Shown: positions 1-13,238, counted from the stretch's first letter. The stretch is 64,000 bases of DNA from Octopus vulgaris (GCA_951406725.2 OX597820.1:27838001-27902000), one strand, 5' to 3'. Numbers and translations are program-made. The notes: a model not told the origin generated them from the letters alone.

Positions 1-1065
1 CTAAACCTATAGTATCATGCTGGAATAACTTCAGAGTATTTGTGCCTGATATTATCATTGAATAATATCATTTCTAGAGTTTTTCACACAAAAGTTACAT
101 ACTTCTGAATAAGGGTTATATTGTTATGAATTTCATATCACATTCCAGAATGATAGATATATGCGTGCGTACGTATGCAATTTAATTTCCAACGTCCGGT
201 CAGCGCGCAGATATTTGTGTGATCAGGAATAGTTTGTCTGCTGTCTAAGATTGCATAATAGTTACATTATCTCTCATACAAGTCATTTTCACATGAAAAT
301 ATCTAATAACTTCTAAAGCTCTAAAATTATCTACATCATAAATACTTAAATGACATTCGAGCTCACCTTATATACCGAGTTGTTATGGGTTATATAAATA
401 GTAAATCTAACAGAACATTACTGAACGTTTGTGTAAATTCATTTAATGACAATTTAGTGATGTGTCAACATTTTCAAAATTGCTCAAACTACTTGGCTTC
501 TTAAAAATATAAGTGAGGTTGTAGACTAGTGAAATTCAACATAGCAAAGTTCAGATCTAACGCTCACATTTCAAATGACGATATATTGGTTGAAATATTT
601 TAAAGCAATAATACTATAAAAGGAAAGTAATTTGAAACTGAAACTACTTAAGCGCAGTTATTGCTAAATAATAAAGAAGTTTGCTTTGAAGTACGATGGT
701 TTCGGATGTAGTCCCACTACGCAGTATTCAGACCAAATGACTTCTATAGCACAACGCTTCGTGTATGGATTTGTGAAATGAAGACCATGCGGAAATCAAT
801 GAAACACATACACATATTCTGTGTGTGTGTGTGTGATTGAGTGAGTGAGAGAGAGAGAGAGAGTGTGTGTGCGTGTGTGTGCGTGTGTGCACGCGCGAAT
901 CCCTTGCTAAACAATATTCGTTTATGTATGTGTAAATTAACAGTTCAGCAAAAGAAATCACTAGAATAATTAACAAACTTTTAAAAATAAGTATTGCGGT
1001 CGATTTCGTCGATTAAATCCTTCAATGCAGGGGTACCGAATAGCTGCCCTCCAATGACTGAAGTA

Positions 1066-1575
1066 CCGTGAATCCTCGAGTATAATCCGCATTTTCCCCC
1101 CAAATTTAAAGGTCAAAATCCCTAGTGCGTACTATATACGAGGTTAAAAATGAAAAATATTTTCTAATCAATGTCCGAGTCTCTAGTTGCTGCCCGGCAA
1201 TGTTTATTCAGACGTATTTTGTGATGTCGGGCAAAAAATACATTAAGCTAAGTCTGAAAGCAATGAAGTCATAAAAGAATTATCCATAACTTGCAGTAAG
1301 CAACATTTATTAAACGTTATTACTGTTATTTCTTTATCTTCTTCAAACAAAATGCAGAAAAAAGCTACACGTTGGAATTATGTTATATGTATAATAATAA
1401 TAAAGAACGTTACCGCATATATTTTTACAAACCAAGAACGTTATATAGACCCCCTTGACTCAAGTTAGAAAAGGGGTGCGTATTATACACAAGGTTTAGG
1501 TTTTTCAGAGGTACAGCCCCGTAAAAATCCAATGCGTATTATACTCAAGGGCAGACTATACTCGAGGATTTATGG
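1066..1575. mobile_element. Non-autonomous Tc2/pogo-like DNA transposon (MITE), 510 bp
   Basis: 25-bp TIRs CCGTGAATCCTCGAGTATAATCCGC / rc CCATAAATCCTCGAGTATAGTCTGC (4 mismatches), TA on both sides, and subterminal TGCGTA(C/T)TATA repeats near 1126, 1477 and 1533. Interrupts the tail of a decayed family B SINE. Confidence 0.85.
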
Positions 1576-1649
1576 TAAATAACAGAAAAAAAAGTAATAA
1601 AAGTCTTTCGTATTTACCGAGTTATATTCCCATATTATTAATTGCAGTC

Positions 1650-1850
1650 GTTATGTTTCAACCGGGCTGGGGCACTAGTATGTAGGGTTGGAGCCGATAA
1701 TATTCTCTTTAATTTTGCCATCAAGCCAGCAACTTTGATGGATGGAGGTAAGGATGAAAGGCAAAGTCGACCTCGGCAGTATTTGAACTCAGAACGTAAA
1801 CTCTGAAAAAATATCGGTAAGCAATTTGTTTGGTATTTTGCCAATTGTAG
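1650..1850 (-). mobile_element. SINE family A, decayed copy
   Basis: AAGGATGAAAGGCAAAGTCGACCTCGGCAGTATTTGAACTCAGAACG matches the family A core seen throughout the window. Confidence 0.75.
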
Positions 1851-1874
1851 TCAAGAATATCAACCTTCGTACTT

Positions 1875-2203
1875 GGCGCATGGTTCAGGGGTTAGAGTAT
1901 CGGGCTAACAATCATGAGGACATGAGAATGATTCCTGGACAGGGCTGTGTTATGTGTTCTTGAGCAACACTATTTCCCTTTGCTCCAGTTCGCTCAGCTG
2001 TAGAAATGAGTTACGACGTCACTGGTGCCCAGCTGTATCGGCCTTTGCCTTTCCCTTGGATAGCATCGATGGTGTGGAGAGAGGAGGCTGGTATGCATGG
2101 GCGACTGCTGGTCTTCCATAAACAAACTAGCCCGGACTTGTGCCATGGAGGGGAACTTTCTATTTGCAATCCCATGGTCATTCATGACCACAGGGGGTCT
2201 TTA
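1875..2203 (+). mobile_element. SINE family D (tRNA head, CORE-like domain), near full length
   Basis: tRNA-like head GGCGCATGGTTCAGGGGTTAG...GATTCCTGG, then TGTGTTCTTGAGCAA and CTCAGCTGTAGAAATGAGT. Homologous to 28232-28433. Confidence 0.75.
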
Positions 2204-2380
2204 ACATCTACCCATTACTTAGCGTCGTCTGCAACACATGTGCATGGCCTTTAATTACGGACAGTGTAAGTTACCTATTTGAAAGGAAGGAATGCAGCTT
2301 GGCACTGGGTCACCCTATACATAACTAAACATACAGTGGGGGACGAGTACACAGCACCCACATCACAAAATCCAACACCT

Positions 2381-2415
<35 letters not shown>

Positions 2416-2507
2416 CACATACACACACACATATATATGTTGTGAGGGAATGCTCAATATATTCATATAGTGCTCAAATTCATAGTCTAATTTTCTTGTA
2501 AAATATA

Positions 2508-2673
2508 GGCGTAGGAGTGGCTAAGTGTGTAAAAAGCTGGATTTCCAACCGCATAGTTTCAGGTTCAGTTTCCTTGCATGCTACTTTGGGCAAGTGTTTC
2601 TGTTATATCCTGAAGTCAACCAAAGTCTTGTGAATGAATCTGGTAGGGGAGGGATCTGAAATAATTCCGTCGT

Positions 2674-2718
<45 letters not shown>

Positions 2719-2970
2719 TATGTGTGTATGTGTGTTTTTATGTGCGTGTGTAAGTCTGCGTGTATGTGTGTGCTTTTCTGTCAGTGTTTGTTCTCCACTA
2801 CTGCTTCACTGGTGTTCGGTAAAATAGACCGATAGAATAACAACCAGATTTAAATAGAAAAAAGAAAAGAACTTGAACTGGGATTGGTTTGTTCCACTTA
2901 AATTCTTCAAGGCGGCGCTCTAGCATGGTCGCAGTCTAATGACTAAAAACAATTAAAGCATAAAATATAA
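2508..2970 (+). mobile_element. SINE family B, decayed, with internal (CA)n
   Basis: Head GGCGTAGGAGTGGCT, CORE-like CTTTGGGCAAGTG, tail GGCGGCGCTCTAGCATGGTCGCAGTCTAATGACT. Colinear with 49556-50063. Confidence 0.8.
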
Positions 2971-3167
2971 ATATTAAGTAATTAACTCAACACTTATAAT
3001 GGAAACACTATGGCCTTCTATTTGACAAAGTCGTGCGTGCGTTTGTGTGTGTGTATATCTGTCTATGTCTGTGTGTAAGAGGTGTGATTTTTGTCTTTGA
3101 ATCCTGAAAGCAGACTTCCTGCAATTTTAAAATCACACACACGCACACAAACACACACACACACACA

Positions 3168-3203
<36 letters not shown>

Positions 3204-3689
3204 CACACACACACAGAGATACACAAAATATGGATCCAGAGTTTTCTTGTATAGTGAACATGAATATAATTTCTCCGTTGCATGGTGATGAAATATTAGA
3301 TATTCAGATATTTAATAGATAGCACATAAAAACGTTTTCATGTATCAAGATATGCAAGTGGCACGTACATTATCCAGAACATCTTTAGTGAACAAGCTTG
3401 CAGCACATTGATACGATCAGGACTGCGTTTATGGAAGCCGGAAGTGGATTTTTGCACTTATGAATGCTTCGTAATATTTCTAGATCTCTGAGTGTTTTAT
3501 TTCTGTTTTGCATATATTATGATTCATCTCTGACTGAATTGGTTATTTCGTGTCTAATAAACTTGTGAAGTTGAAAGTAAAGTAGAAGATAATTTGATGC
3601 AATCGCAAGCATAACTGTCACTAGAGATTAAACGTATAATCCAAATGGAATAAAAATACGATATGTATATTTGCAGCAGTGTTTTAAAT

Positions 3690-3790
3690 ATGTATTTGTA
3701 TGTATGTGTGTATATAAATAAATATATATATACATATATAATATTTATATATATATATATGTAAGTATACACAAATATATATATACATTC

Positions 3791-3849
<59 letters not shown>

Positions 3850-3905
3850 AGTATGTATGTAAGTATGTATGTAAGTATGTTTGTATGTATATGTGTGTGT
3901 GTATG

Positions 3906-3981
<76 letters not shown>

Positions 3982-4045
3982 TTGCATGTATGTGTGTGTG
4001 TGTGTGTGTGTATGTATGTGTGTCCGTGCGTGATTGTGTGTGTAC
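3690..4045. repeat. Compound (TA)n/(TATG)n/(TG)n microsatellite
   Basis: Direct reading. Source of spurious YI/HT-repeat ORFs. Confidence 0.95.
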
Positions 4046-4496
4046 TTGAAATGAATTTATAATCAAACTGGAAACAGGACTTTGGTTAATGGAAATGCTG
4101 GTAAGTGATTTCATACACGAATTGGCAAAAGGAGATGAAGGTTGGTGGCGAAAATTTAACAAATGTCGTCACTTTGCTAAGTTCGCATGCTCTCTTGTCA
4201 TGTACCTTTGTATATAGATGTATGTATGCATACATACATATATATATGTGTGTGTACGTATATATTCTTTTATTCTTTTACACTTTTATATGTTTTAGTC
4301 ATTTGACTGCGGCCATCTTTGAGCACAGCTTTCAGTCGGCCAAATCGATCCCAGCACTTATTCTTCGTAAGCCTAGTACTTATTTTAACGGTTCTTTAGC
4401 GGAAGCGTTATATTACGGGGACGGAAACATACCAACATTGGCTGTTAGACGAAGGTGGGAATTCAAGCACAAACATATATACATATATAGAGCATA

Positions 4497-5282
4497 GAAG
4501 AGCATAGAATGCATATTCTGCATTGATTGCGAAATCACAGGTGATATGTAACTAAATTCTGTTTCTAAATGACTTGCTTTGAAGTTTTGCATTCGGTACA
4601 ATTAGTTTATTTTAGTAGTTTTGACTGCAAAAGTCCGTCTTAGCGTGCGGTACCTATGAATAATAGTACCCTCTATATAATATAAATAAATATTTTCAGA
4701 GTGGAAAAATTTACAGATTTTTTCTCTTACGAGGTTTTTCACGCTAACTACTGATAATTTCCTATAAAGATTTTATCCTTAATTTTAAATTTATATTTTT
4801 CACCGGAATAGTTCAATACTGAATTGTTGTTCCGAGTAGGCAAGTTGTTACCGAAATGCATTGCGAATAAGCCCGCCATTTTCATAGATATGTAAAGATA
4901 AACATTCGTACATGCTGCGGCGAATTCTACGGTTGGCTGTCGGGTTTGTAATGTTGTGTTTTTCTTATATGTCTTGAGTTCGTTGCACTGAAGAGCATAG
5001 AATGCATATTCTGCATTGATTGTGAAATCACAGGTGATATGTAACTAAATTCTGTTTCTAAATGACTTGCTTTGAAGTTTTGCATTCGGTACGATTTGTT
5101 TATTTTAGTAGTTTTGACTGCAAAAGTCCCTCCTAGCGTGCGGTACCTTTGAATAATAGTACCCTCTATATAATATAAATAAATATTTTCAAAGTGGAAA
5201 AATTTACAGATTTTTTCTCTTACAAGGTTTTTCACGCTAACTACTGATAATTTCTTATAAATATTTTATCCTTAATTTTAAA

Positions 5283-5283
<1 letters not shown>
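4497..5283 (+). mobile_element. Hammerhead-containing partial tandem repeat (493-bp period), Penelope-like pLTR or retrozyme-like
   Basis: Near-identical direct repeats 4497-4790 and 4990-5283, each starting in a hammerhead motif. Flanked by TA-rich microsatellite. Confidence 0.7.
4982..5045 (+). ncRNA. Type I hammerhead ribozyme
   Basis: Helix I GTTGCA/TGTAAC; core CTGAAGA (4988-4994); helix II GCA/TGT (GCA/TGC in the upstream copy); GAAA 5024-5027; helix III ATCAC/GTGAT; predicted cleavage after A5039. Confidence 0.8.
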
Positions 5284-5326
<43 letters not shown>

Positions 5327-5495
5327 GTTATTATCCTTTTTCCAAGGCTTTCTAAGGCTTCCCTTTGCAAACACTGATAGATAAGGCACAGAAAGTGTGT
5401 CAATAGCCAGCTGGAGAAGATGTTCTCCTGGGGCTACAAGCTACATTGGCATCCACCCTCAGTGGTTAGCAAATATGCTTCACATTGTCGTGCAG

Positions 5496-5544
<49 letters not shown>

Positions 5545-5731
5545 TATATATATTTATATATATATACGACAGGCTTCTTTCAGTTTGTGTCTATCAGATT
5601 CACTCACAAGGTTTTGGTTGACCTGAGTCTATAGTTGAAGGCACTTGGCCAACGCACCAGGCAGTGGGATTATACTCGGAACCCTGTGATTGGGAAGCCA
5701 GCTTCTTACCAGCTACGTGTGTGCCTATATA

Positions 5732-6323
5732 CAGGGTGGAGCAGAGAGGAAGGACGTTTTTGAAATAGCTATTACTCAGCCCCAGGGAGGACATAAGTCC
5801 GACAGGTACCATTCGGTCCGTGGTGTCTTAGCATCATTTTCTATTTTCAGGCAAAGCCATGGCGCTGTGGACAGTAGACCGTGTTTGCCTTCGACAGTTA
5901 GTGAGGAAACACATCCAGAGCAACAATGGACGTTCTTCGCCCTCTCTTCCTTATTTCCAAGTTAGCTGACATTCCTTGGCCCCATCAGTTATGTGTTTTG
6001 TCCATGTGTGATTGTTTCTTGTCGGGAAACCTTAAGGCACGTATGCATGTGCATTAGCCTCGTACATTAGACGATTTAAAGGAAGCTATTCGCGTGGAAT
6101 TCGCTCAAATCGAGAGATCATTTCTGGAAAAAGTGGAGGCCAACTACCAAGAACGACTTCGGAAATGCATTAAAGAAAACGGACACCACATGCTGGATGT
6201 TGTTTTTCACACATGATTTTGACAAATGCTAATTCAATACGAATAAATTGATGTCAATAAAATTTGCTTCCCCCTAAAATTAATGATTTTGTGATTTTTT
6301 TCAAAAACGTCTGTCCACTCTCT

Positions 6324-6332
<9 letters not shown>
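5732..6332 (+). mobile_element. Internally deleted Tc1/mariner-superfamily transposon
   Basis: TA|CAGGGTGG...GACGTTTTTGAAA left end with a matching inverted right end. Degenerate N-terminus MALWTV and C-terminus CDCFLSGNLK...PRTLDDLKEAIRVEFAQI...RLRKCIKENGHH resemble WPPRSPDL..CDFFLWG-type transposases. Confidence 0.75.
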
Positions 6333-6415
<83 letters not shown>

Positions 6416-6696
6416 CTTATACCGGGAAAAAATCTCTTATTACCTTCCCCTGCCTGAAACTCCATATTTCACAACAAAGCAAAGACATGACACAAATATA
6501 GGTAAAGAAATTTGCGAAATTTGAAAAGAAAATACGAAACCGGTTATTCCTCCAAAATACGCAAAATTTTATATTTTTCTAACATAGCGATTTAAATATA
6601 TTCTTTAACCATATAACACAAGCATTCTATAGTTTGTTTCACTCTTTTTTGTCTTTTATACATCCAACCACGTGCTTTCACACACCAACTCCCTCA

Positions 6697-6761
<65 letters not shown>

Positions 6762-7136
6762 GTATGTATCTATCTATTTTGTCATGATTTTCTGCCATGG
6801 CAAGATAGCCTCGACCCAACACCAAGACAAACGGGCTTCTTTCTGTTTACTTTACACTTTACATTCTTCTGAGACTTCTTACTTTCTCTTCGTGTTGGAT
6901 GAATAATGAAATTGCGTTGTCTTCGCCGTTGTTTTAATACTCATCCTTATCATGATAATCATCATCATCCTCATTGTCGGCGACGTCGTCGTCGTCGTTA
7001 TCACCATCATCTTCACCATCATCATCATCCTCGTAAGCGTCTTCATTGTTATCGGCACTATCATCAACATGAGCTTTAATACCATATTCAAGTATTCTCA
7101 TTCTCATTACTATTCTACTACTACTACTATTATTAT

Positions 7137-7186
<50 letters not shown>

Positions 7187-7321
7187 ATACTACTACTAAA
7201 CTGCAGGAAGCTTCTATATGGAATCTAAGTAACCCTCATCTGAAGCCTAGCTCAATAAAATTTGCTTCCCCCTAAAATTAATGATTTTGTGATTTTTTTC
7301 AAAAACGTCTGTCCACTCTCT

Positions 7322-7399
<78 letters not shown>

Positions 7400-7680
7400 C
7401 TTATACCGGGAAAAAATCTCTTATTACCTTCCCCTGCCTGAAACTCCATATTTCACAACAAAGCAAAGACATGACACAAATATAGGTAAAGAAATTTGCG
7501 AAATTTGAAAAGAAAATACGAAACCGGTTATTCCTCCAAAATACGCAAAATTTTATATTTTTCTAACATAGCGATTTAAATATATTCTTTAACCATATAA
7601 CACAAGCATTCTATAGTTTGTTTCACTCTTTTTTGTCTTTTATACATCCAACCACGTGCTTTCACACACTAACTCTCTCA

Positions 7681-7743
<63 letters not shown>

Positions 7744-8137
7744 ATGTATGTATGTATGTATCTATCTATTTTGTCATGATTTTCTGCCATGGCAAGATAG
7801 CCTCGACCCAACACCAAGACAAACGGGCTTCTTTCTGTTTACTTTACACTTTACATTCTTCTGAGACTTCTTACTTTCTCTTCGTGTTGGATGAATAATG
7901 AAATTGCGTTGTCTTCGCCGTTGTTTTAATACTCATCCTTATCATGATAATCATCATCATCCTCATTGTCGGCGACGTCGTCGTCGTCGTCGTCGTTATC
8001 ACCATCATCTTCACCATCATCATCATCCTCGTAAGCGTCTTCATTGTTATCGGCACTATCATCAACATGAGCTTTAATACCATATTCAAGTATTCTCATT
8101 CTCATCACTATTCTACTACTACTACTATTATTATTAT

Positions 8138-8199
<62 letters not shown>

Positions 8200-8255
8200 A
8201 ACTGCAGGAAGCTTCTATATGGAATCTAAGTAACCCTCATCTGAAGCCTAGCTCA
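6254..8255 (+). repeat. Recent ~1-kb tandem duplication (6254-7251, 7252-8255)
   Basis: Copies are identical except for microsatellite lengths and a few substitutions. TCA microhomology at the junction. Confidence 0.95.
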
Positions 8256-8412
8256 TAAATAAAGAAGTTGATATATTCTAGTTCAAGAAATTCAATTAAA
8301 TATTTCTTTTTCAATAAGTAACACTAATAGTTTTGGACCTGAAGATTTAATAAGATACTCATATAAGAAGAGACAATAGATATGTTTGCTGTTATTAATA
8401 TTGTTACTAATT

Positions 8413-9840
8413 AAGGCGGCGAGCTGGCAAAAACGTTAACATAGCGGGCGAGATGCTTAGCGGTATTTCGTCTGTCTGAACGTTCTGAGTTCAAATTCCG
8501 CCGAGGCCGATATTGCCTGTCATCCTCTCAGGGTCGATAAATTAAGTACCAGTGACACACTGAGGGCGATGTAATCGACTAGTCCACTCTGCACAAATTT
8601 CAGGCCTTGTGCCATCAGTAGAAAATATTGTTATTGCTATCAATTAAGACGGCGAGCCTATAGAATCGTTAGCACACTGGACGAAATGCTTAAGGTATGT
8701 CTCCCGTCGCTACGTTCTGAGTACAAATTTCACCGAGGTTGCCTGTCATCCTTTCAGGGTCTATAAATTAAGTACCAATGAAACCCTGGGATCGATGTAA
8801 TCGACTAGTCCCCTCTGCACAAATTTGAGGACTTGTGCCGCCAGTAGAAAATATTATTATTGTTATCAATTAAGACGGCGAGCCTACAGAATCGTTAGCA
8901 CGCCGGACGAAATGCTTAAGGGCATTTTGCCCGCCGCTACGTTCTAAGTTCAAATTCCGCCGCGGTCGACTTTGTCTTTTATCTTTTTGGGGTCGATAAA
9001 TTAAGTATCATTTGAATTACTCTGTCGATGCAATCGACTTAACCCCTTCCTCTAAATTTCAGGCATTGTGCCTATAGTAGAAAGGATTATTTATGTTATT
9101 AATGCTGATAAAGCAGCTAGCTGGCAGAATATTCTGCACGCCAGGATGTGGAGCAGCATTTCGTCTGTCTTAACTTTCTGAGTTCAAATTCCGCTGTGGT
9201 CGACTAGACTTTCATCCTTCCGGAGTTTTATGCCTTTCATTCTTTCAGGTTTTTGCTTTTCATCCTTTCAGGTTTTATACCTATAGTAAAAAGTATTGCT
9301 GTTATTAATGCTGATAAGGTAGCTAGCAGGCAGAATGGCTAGCACACCGGGGAAAATGCTTAGCGGCATTTCATCCGTCATTATGGTCTGAGTTCCAATT
9401 CTGCGAGGACGAGTTTGCTTTCATGCTTTCGGTGATCAATAACATGAACAGTAGTTGAGCACCAGAGTCGATGTGATTGAGTATTTGCTTCCCTTCCACA
9501 AAATTTTGGGCCTCGTACTTATAGTAGAATGAATTATTAATGCCATTGCAGGCTGTGAACTAGTAAACCTCTCCGCTCCATCAAGATTGCTGACCTTGCG
9601 CATGTATGCGAAACCATCAGGATCGGAGTGAGCAGCCAGAATCGTTAGGGAGTCCAAAACAAATACTCTGGCATTTTTCCCTGCTTTATGTTTTAAGTTC
9701 AAATTCTACGGAGACCGACTTGACCTTTCATCCTCTTGGGATCGAGAAAAGAAGAACCAGATGAGCGTTGGGGACGATGTAATAGACTAACCATGCCATG
9801 CCCGAAATTTCAGGCGTTTGCCAATATTAGAATTGGTTAT
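8413..9840 (+). mobile_element. Head-to-tail cluster of about six family A SINEs (CAGGCCTTGTGCC tail variant)
   Basis: Units start near 8413, 8645, 8870, 9110, 9315 and 9625, each with the GTTCTGAGTTCAAATTCC...CATCCTTTC..GGTCGATAAATTAAGTACC core in varying decay. Confidence 0.85.
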
Positions 9841-11121
9841 TAACCTATCCCTTTTAAAGATGCATGTTTCAATATTTCTTAAGTGACGGGTCGTGGAATA
9901 CTATGCGGTATATCTTTGCCTACATTTACGTTCTCAGTTTATATCTCAAAAAATTTCGTAGTCACCCTATATTTTTGTAGAATAAATAATCCTATACTTG
10001 TATTCAGTTTTTGTTAATTTATTTATTCAAAACACAGGTATGTTGATGGAAAGCATGCATGTGACATGCGTGTATGTGTGTGTGTGTGTGTGTGTAAGCT
10101 TGTGCTTCAGGTGCGTAGTCTATGTGTGTATACACACACGTATACCAATCCATAAATGCCGGCACACACACAGTGATATTGATATAGATATAGGTCGTTT
10201 GTGAGGCACATAAATAAATAGATAGATAGGTAGATAGGTAAACGCACGTACATATGTATGTATGCGTTTGTGTGCCTGTATTTGACTACCTGTTCACAAA
10301 ACGTTACGCTATTAATTCTATTCAGCGCACAGCGGCGTGGGTTGAATAAATATTTATCACTTACATACATTTGCATATATCAATTGAGAGGATACGTCTA
10401 CACAATTACATTTCTTTCCTTTGTATCTCTTTGAATTCTTCTTATAAAGAAATGCTTTGTTTCTTAAAAGGACAAAGTATCATATATATATATATATATA
10501 TAGATATATATATATATATATATTTACATATCTATAAAAAGCAACGTTTTGAATAGAAGAGTACGTACACAAATATGTATATATGTGTAGATTCTCTAGG
10601 GTAAAGTGTGTTTATTTATATATTAAGTGCTATCATCAAACATAAATAACTATTAATGAAAAGGCATCACAATAATAAAGCCCTCTTCATAGTCATTTTA
10701 TGTATTTCTCTTTCATGAATTGCTCGCTGCGAGAAGGCTTAGCAATGACATAATCAATACCAGAATGAGCAGCTACGATGGAGGTGAAGTGCGCGTTTGC
10801 ATGTTCTGTATTCACCAAAAAACAAAAAGACATGCACTTACGTCATTGTATATTTTATATTGGACTATAAATAATAAATGTTGTAAATCTCTCGTTACAT
10901 GGAAAGCATTTATAGTAAATAACCTGATGTAGATCTCAAGATATATATGCTTCTGAACGTATCGTTAGAGGAGTAGAGCGGTTATAAGAAAAACGAGGAC
11001 AAAGAATTAGAAAATTCATCTTATGAACTTCATTAGCTAATGAAGTTCATATGATAATTGTATATTCTTTTTTCATTAGTTTTCTTATATATACATACAT
11101 ACACACACATATACACGTACA

Positions 11122-11152
<31 letters not shown>

Positions 11153-11214
11153 TCGAGCAAAACGCCCCCCCCCCCCGTCCAGTGGACGGTGCTGAGTTTT
11201 TTTTGTTTTTTTTT

Positions 11215-11432
11215 GTACTTGTTTCAGTCATTTGACTGTGGCCATGCTGGAGCACCGCCTTTAGAGTGGTGAAAGAGTACAGCAGGGATCACCATCTCCT
11301 GCCGGAGCCTCGTGGAGCTTTTAGGTGTCTTTTTCGCTCAATAAACACACACAACGCCCGGTCTGGGAATCGAAACCGCGATCCTCCGACCGCAAGTCCG
11401 CTGCCCTAACCACTAGGCCATTGCGCCTCCAC
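11215..11432 (-). mobile_element. SINE with family C tRNA head and family B tail
   Basis: rc head TGGAGGCGCAATGGCCTAGTGGTTAGGGCAGCGGACT (as at 17125) joined to AAAGGCGGTGCTCCAGCATGGCCACAGTCAAATGACTGAAACAAG. Confidence 0.8.
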
Positions 11433-11777
11433 GCCTCAAACATTTAAACCAAATTTTCTCAAAACAACTTCGACCATCCCATAGGCCTCCCCTTTGAGAA
11501 ACACTGATTTAACCTAAATTTGAGACATCAGCAAAAGAAGAAATAAAGATAGACTTTTTTCTATTCCCCACCAAAAAAAAAAAAAACGATTTTAGAAATG
11601 CACGTTCCCACGGTTTTATTGATCGCATTCTCACCTGGAATCGATTTTTGTAATTTTTGCAAGGCTTGCACACGCCCTGATACCGTCGGTATCTACATAT
11701 CAAATTTGAGCGCAATCGGATGGAGGATACCCGATATCCTAGAAGACACACACACAGACAGATATATATGTATATAA

Positions 11778-11826
<49 letters not shown>

Positions 11827-11837
11827 TACATACGTAT

Positions 11838-11886
<49 letters not shown>

Positions 11887-12064
11887 TAGACACGCACGTA
11901 TGCATATGAATGTATGTAAAGACAGAGACTTACACATATTTATTAAAATAATGCAATCAGTGCATCATCTTTGAAAGGTTGTTAAACTGTGCAATTCGTC
12001 TCGAAATACCAGTGTATCATATTTCGTCTTTTGATCTAGACCTCAGAGATTTTTTCCCTTATGG

Positions 12065-12332
<268 letters not shown>

Positions 12333-12362
12333 TATTATTATCATTATTATTATTATTATTAT

Positions 12363-12910
12363 TGAGTGCGAGAGCAGTGCATGCTACCAAAGTGACACTA
12401 GGGTAAAATATATGAAGCCCGGTATACCCATCATGACTACCCGTCTGATAAGGGTACACTAGGCACATGCATCACAACCATATGTGCACGACTTGGTGAT
12501 CTCATATCAAGATAAATAGCAGATGAAATTGCAGGTGGGGCCCAGTTTGAATTTTCTTCTTTTCATCCCGCTCAAAAGGCCCCTGAATAAGGGTGTTTAA
12601 GGATGTTGAACGAAACACCCATGTTTCCAGAGGTGAATTATTCAAACCCCAAGGAATTCCTCTCAACACATGGCTATGATGCTCCCCCACTACTTCTGCT
12701 CGTGATCAGAGATGCACATATCATCAGCTACTAGGGGACATGGTCAACTGGTTAAGGTCAAACAACTGACAAGCAAATCTGTGGTACTGAGCGGAATGTT
12801 TGTGGTGGCCCATCTTTTATACCAAGACAAAACAATGTACATGATAACACTTCCAATCAGTTAAGATCAGAAGCCACGAGAGCCACTGCCTGGTACTGCA
12901 TCAGGGAATT
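12363..12910 (-). mobile_element. Non-coding ~545-bp interspersed element embedded in (TAA)n
   Basis: High-complexity block with sharp boundaries and long (TTA)n tracts on both sides, with no convincing ORF. Strand is inferred. Confidence 0.5.
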
Positions 12911-12936
12911 CATTATAATTATAATTATTATTATTA

Positions 12937-13024
<88 letters not shown>

Positions 13025-13238
13025 CATTATTATTATTAACCAATCTTTCTTACACAGCTTCGTCGCTTAATATATTTCTCTTCTCTTTGAAAGGAATGTA
13101 CCACATCGATGTTGCGAGAGTAATGACATCTGCTGAGTAGAAAATGTGTTCGTTACACAGAAATGTCACAACAAGGCTCATTCCAATTCATCGTGAATTA
13201 AAGCCCCATCACCACAACCACTTCTTATAAGATTTGTC

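Larger units (their letters stand above)
4266..5726 (-). mobile_element. SINE family B split by insertions in its internal (TA)n
   Basis: 3' half at 4266-4480 and 5' half at 5565-5726 are colinear with the intact copy 61986-62393. About 1.05 kb of other sequence lies in the microsatellite. Confidence 0.8.

Noticed and set aside
3554-4162. Long ORFs rich in YI, HT, CV, MYVC and LSIY repeats (also 13851-14592, 24337-25004 and many others)
   Set aside because: Translations of stop-free microsatellites with no protein-like content.
5328-5497. Hammerhead candidate CTGATAGA...GAAAGTGTGTC
   Set aside because: Core spacing and helices do not fit; left as an unclassified insert in (TA)n.
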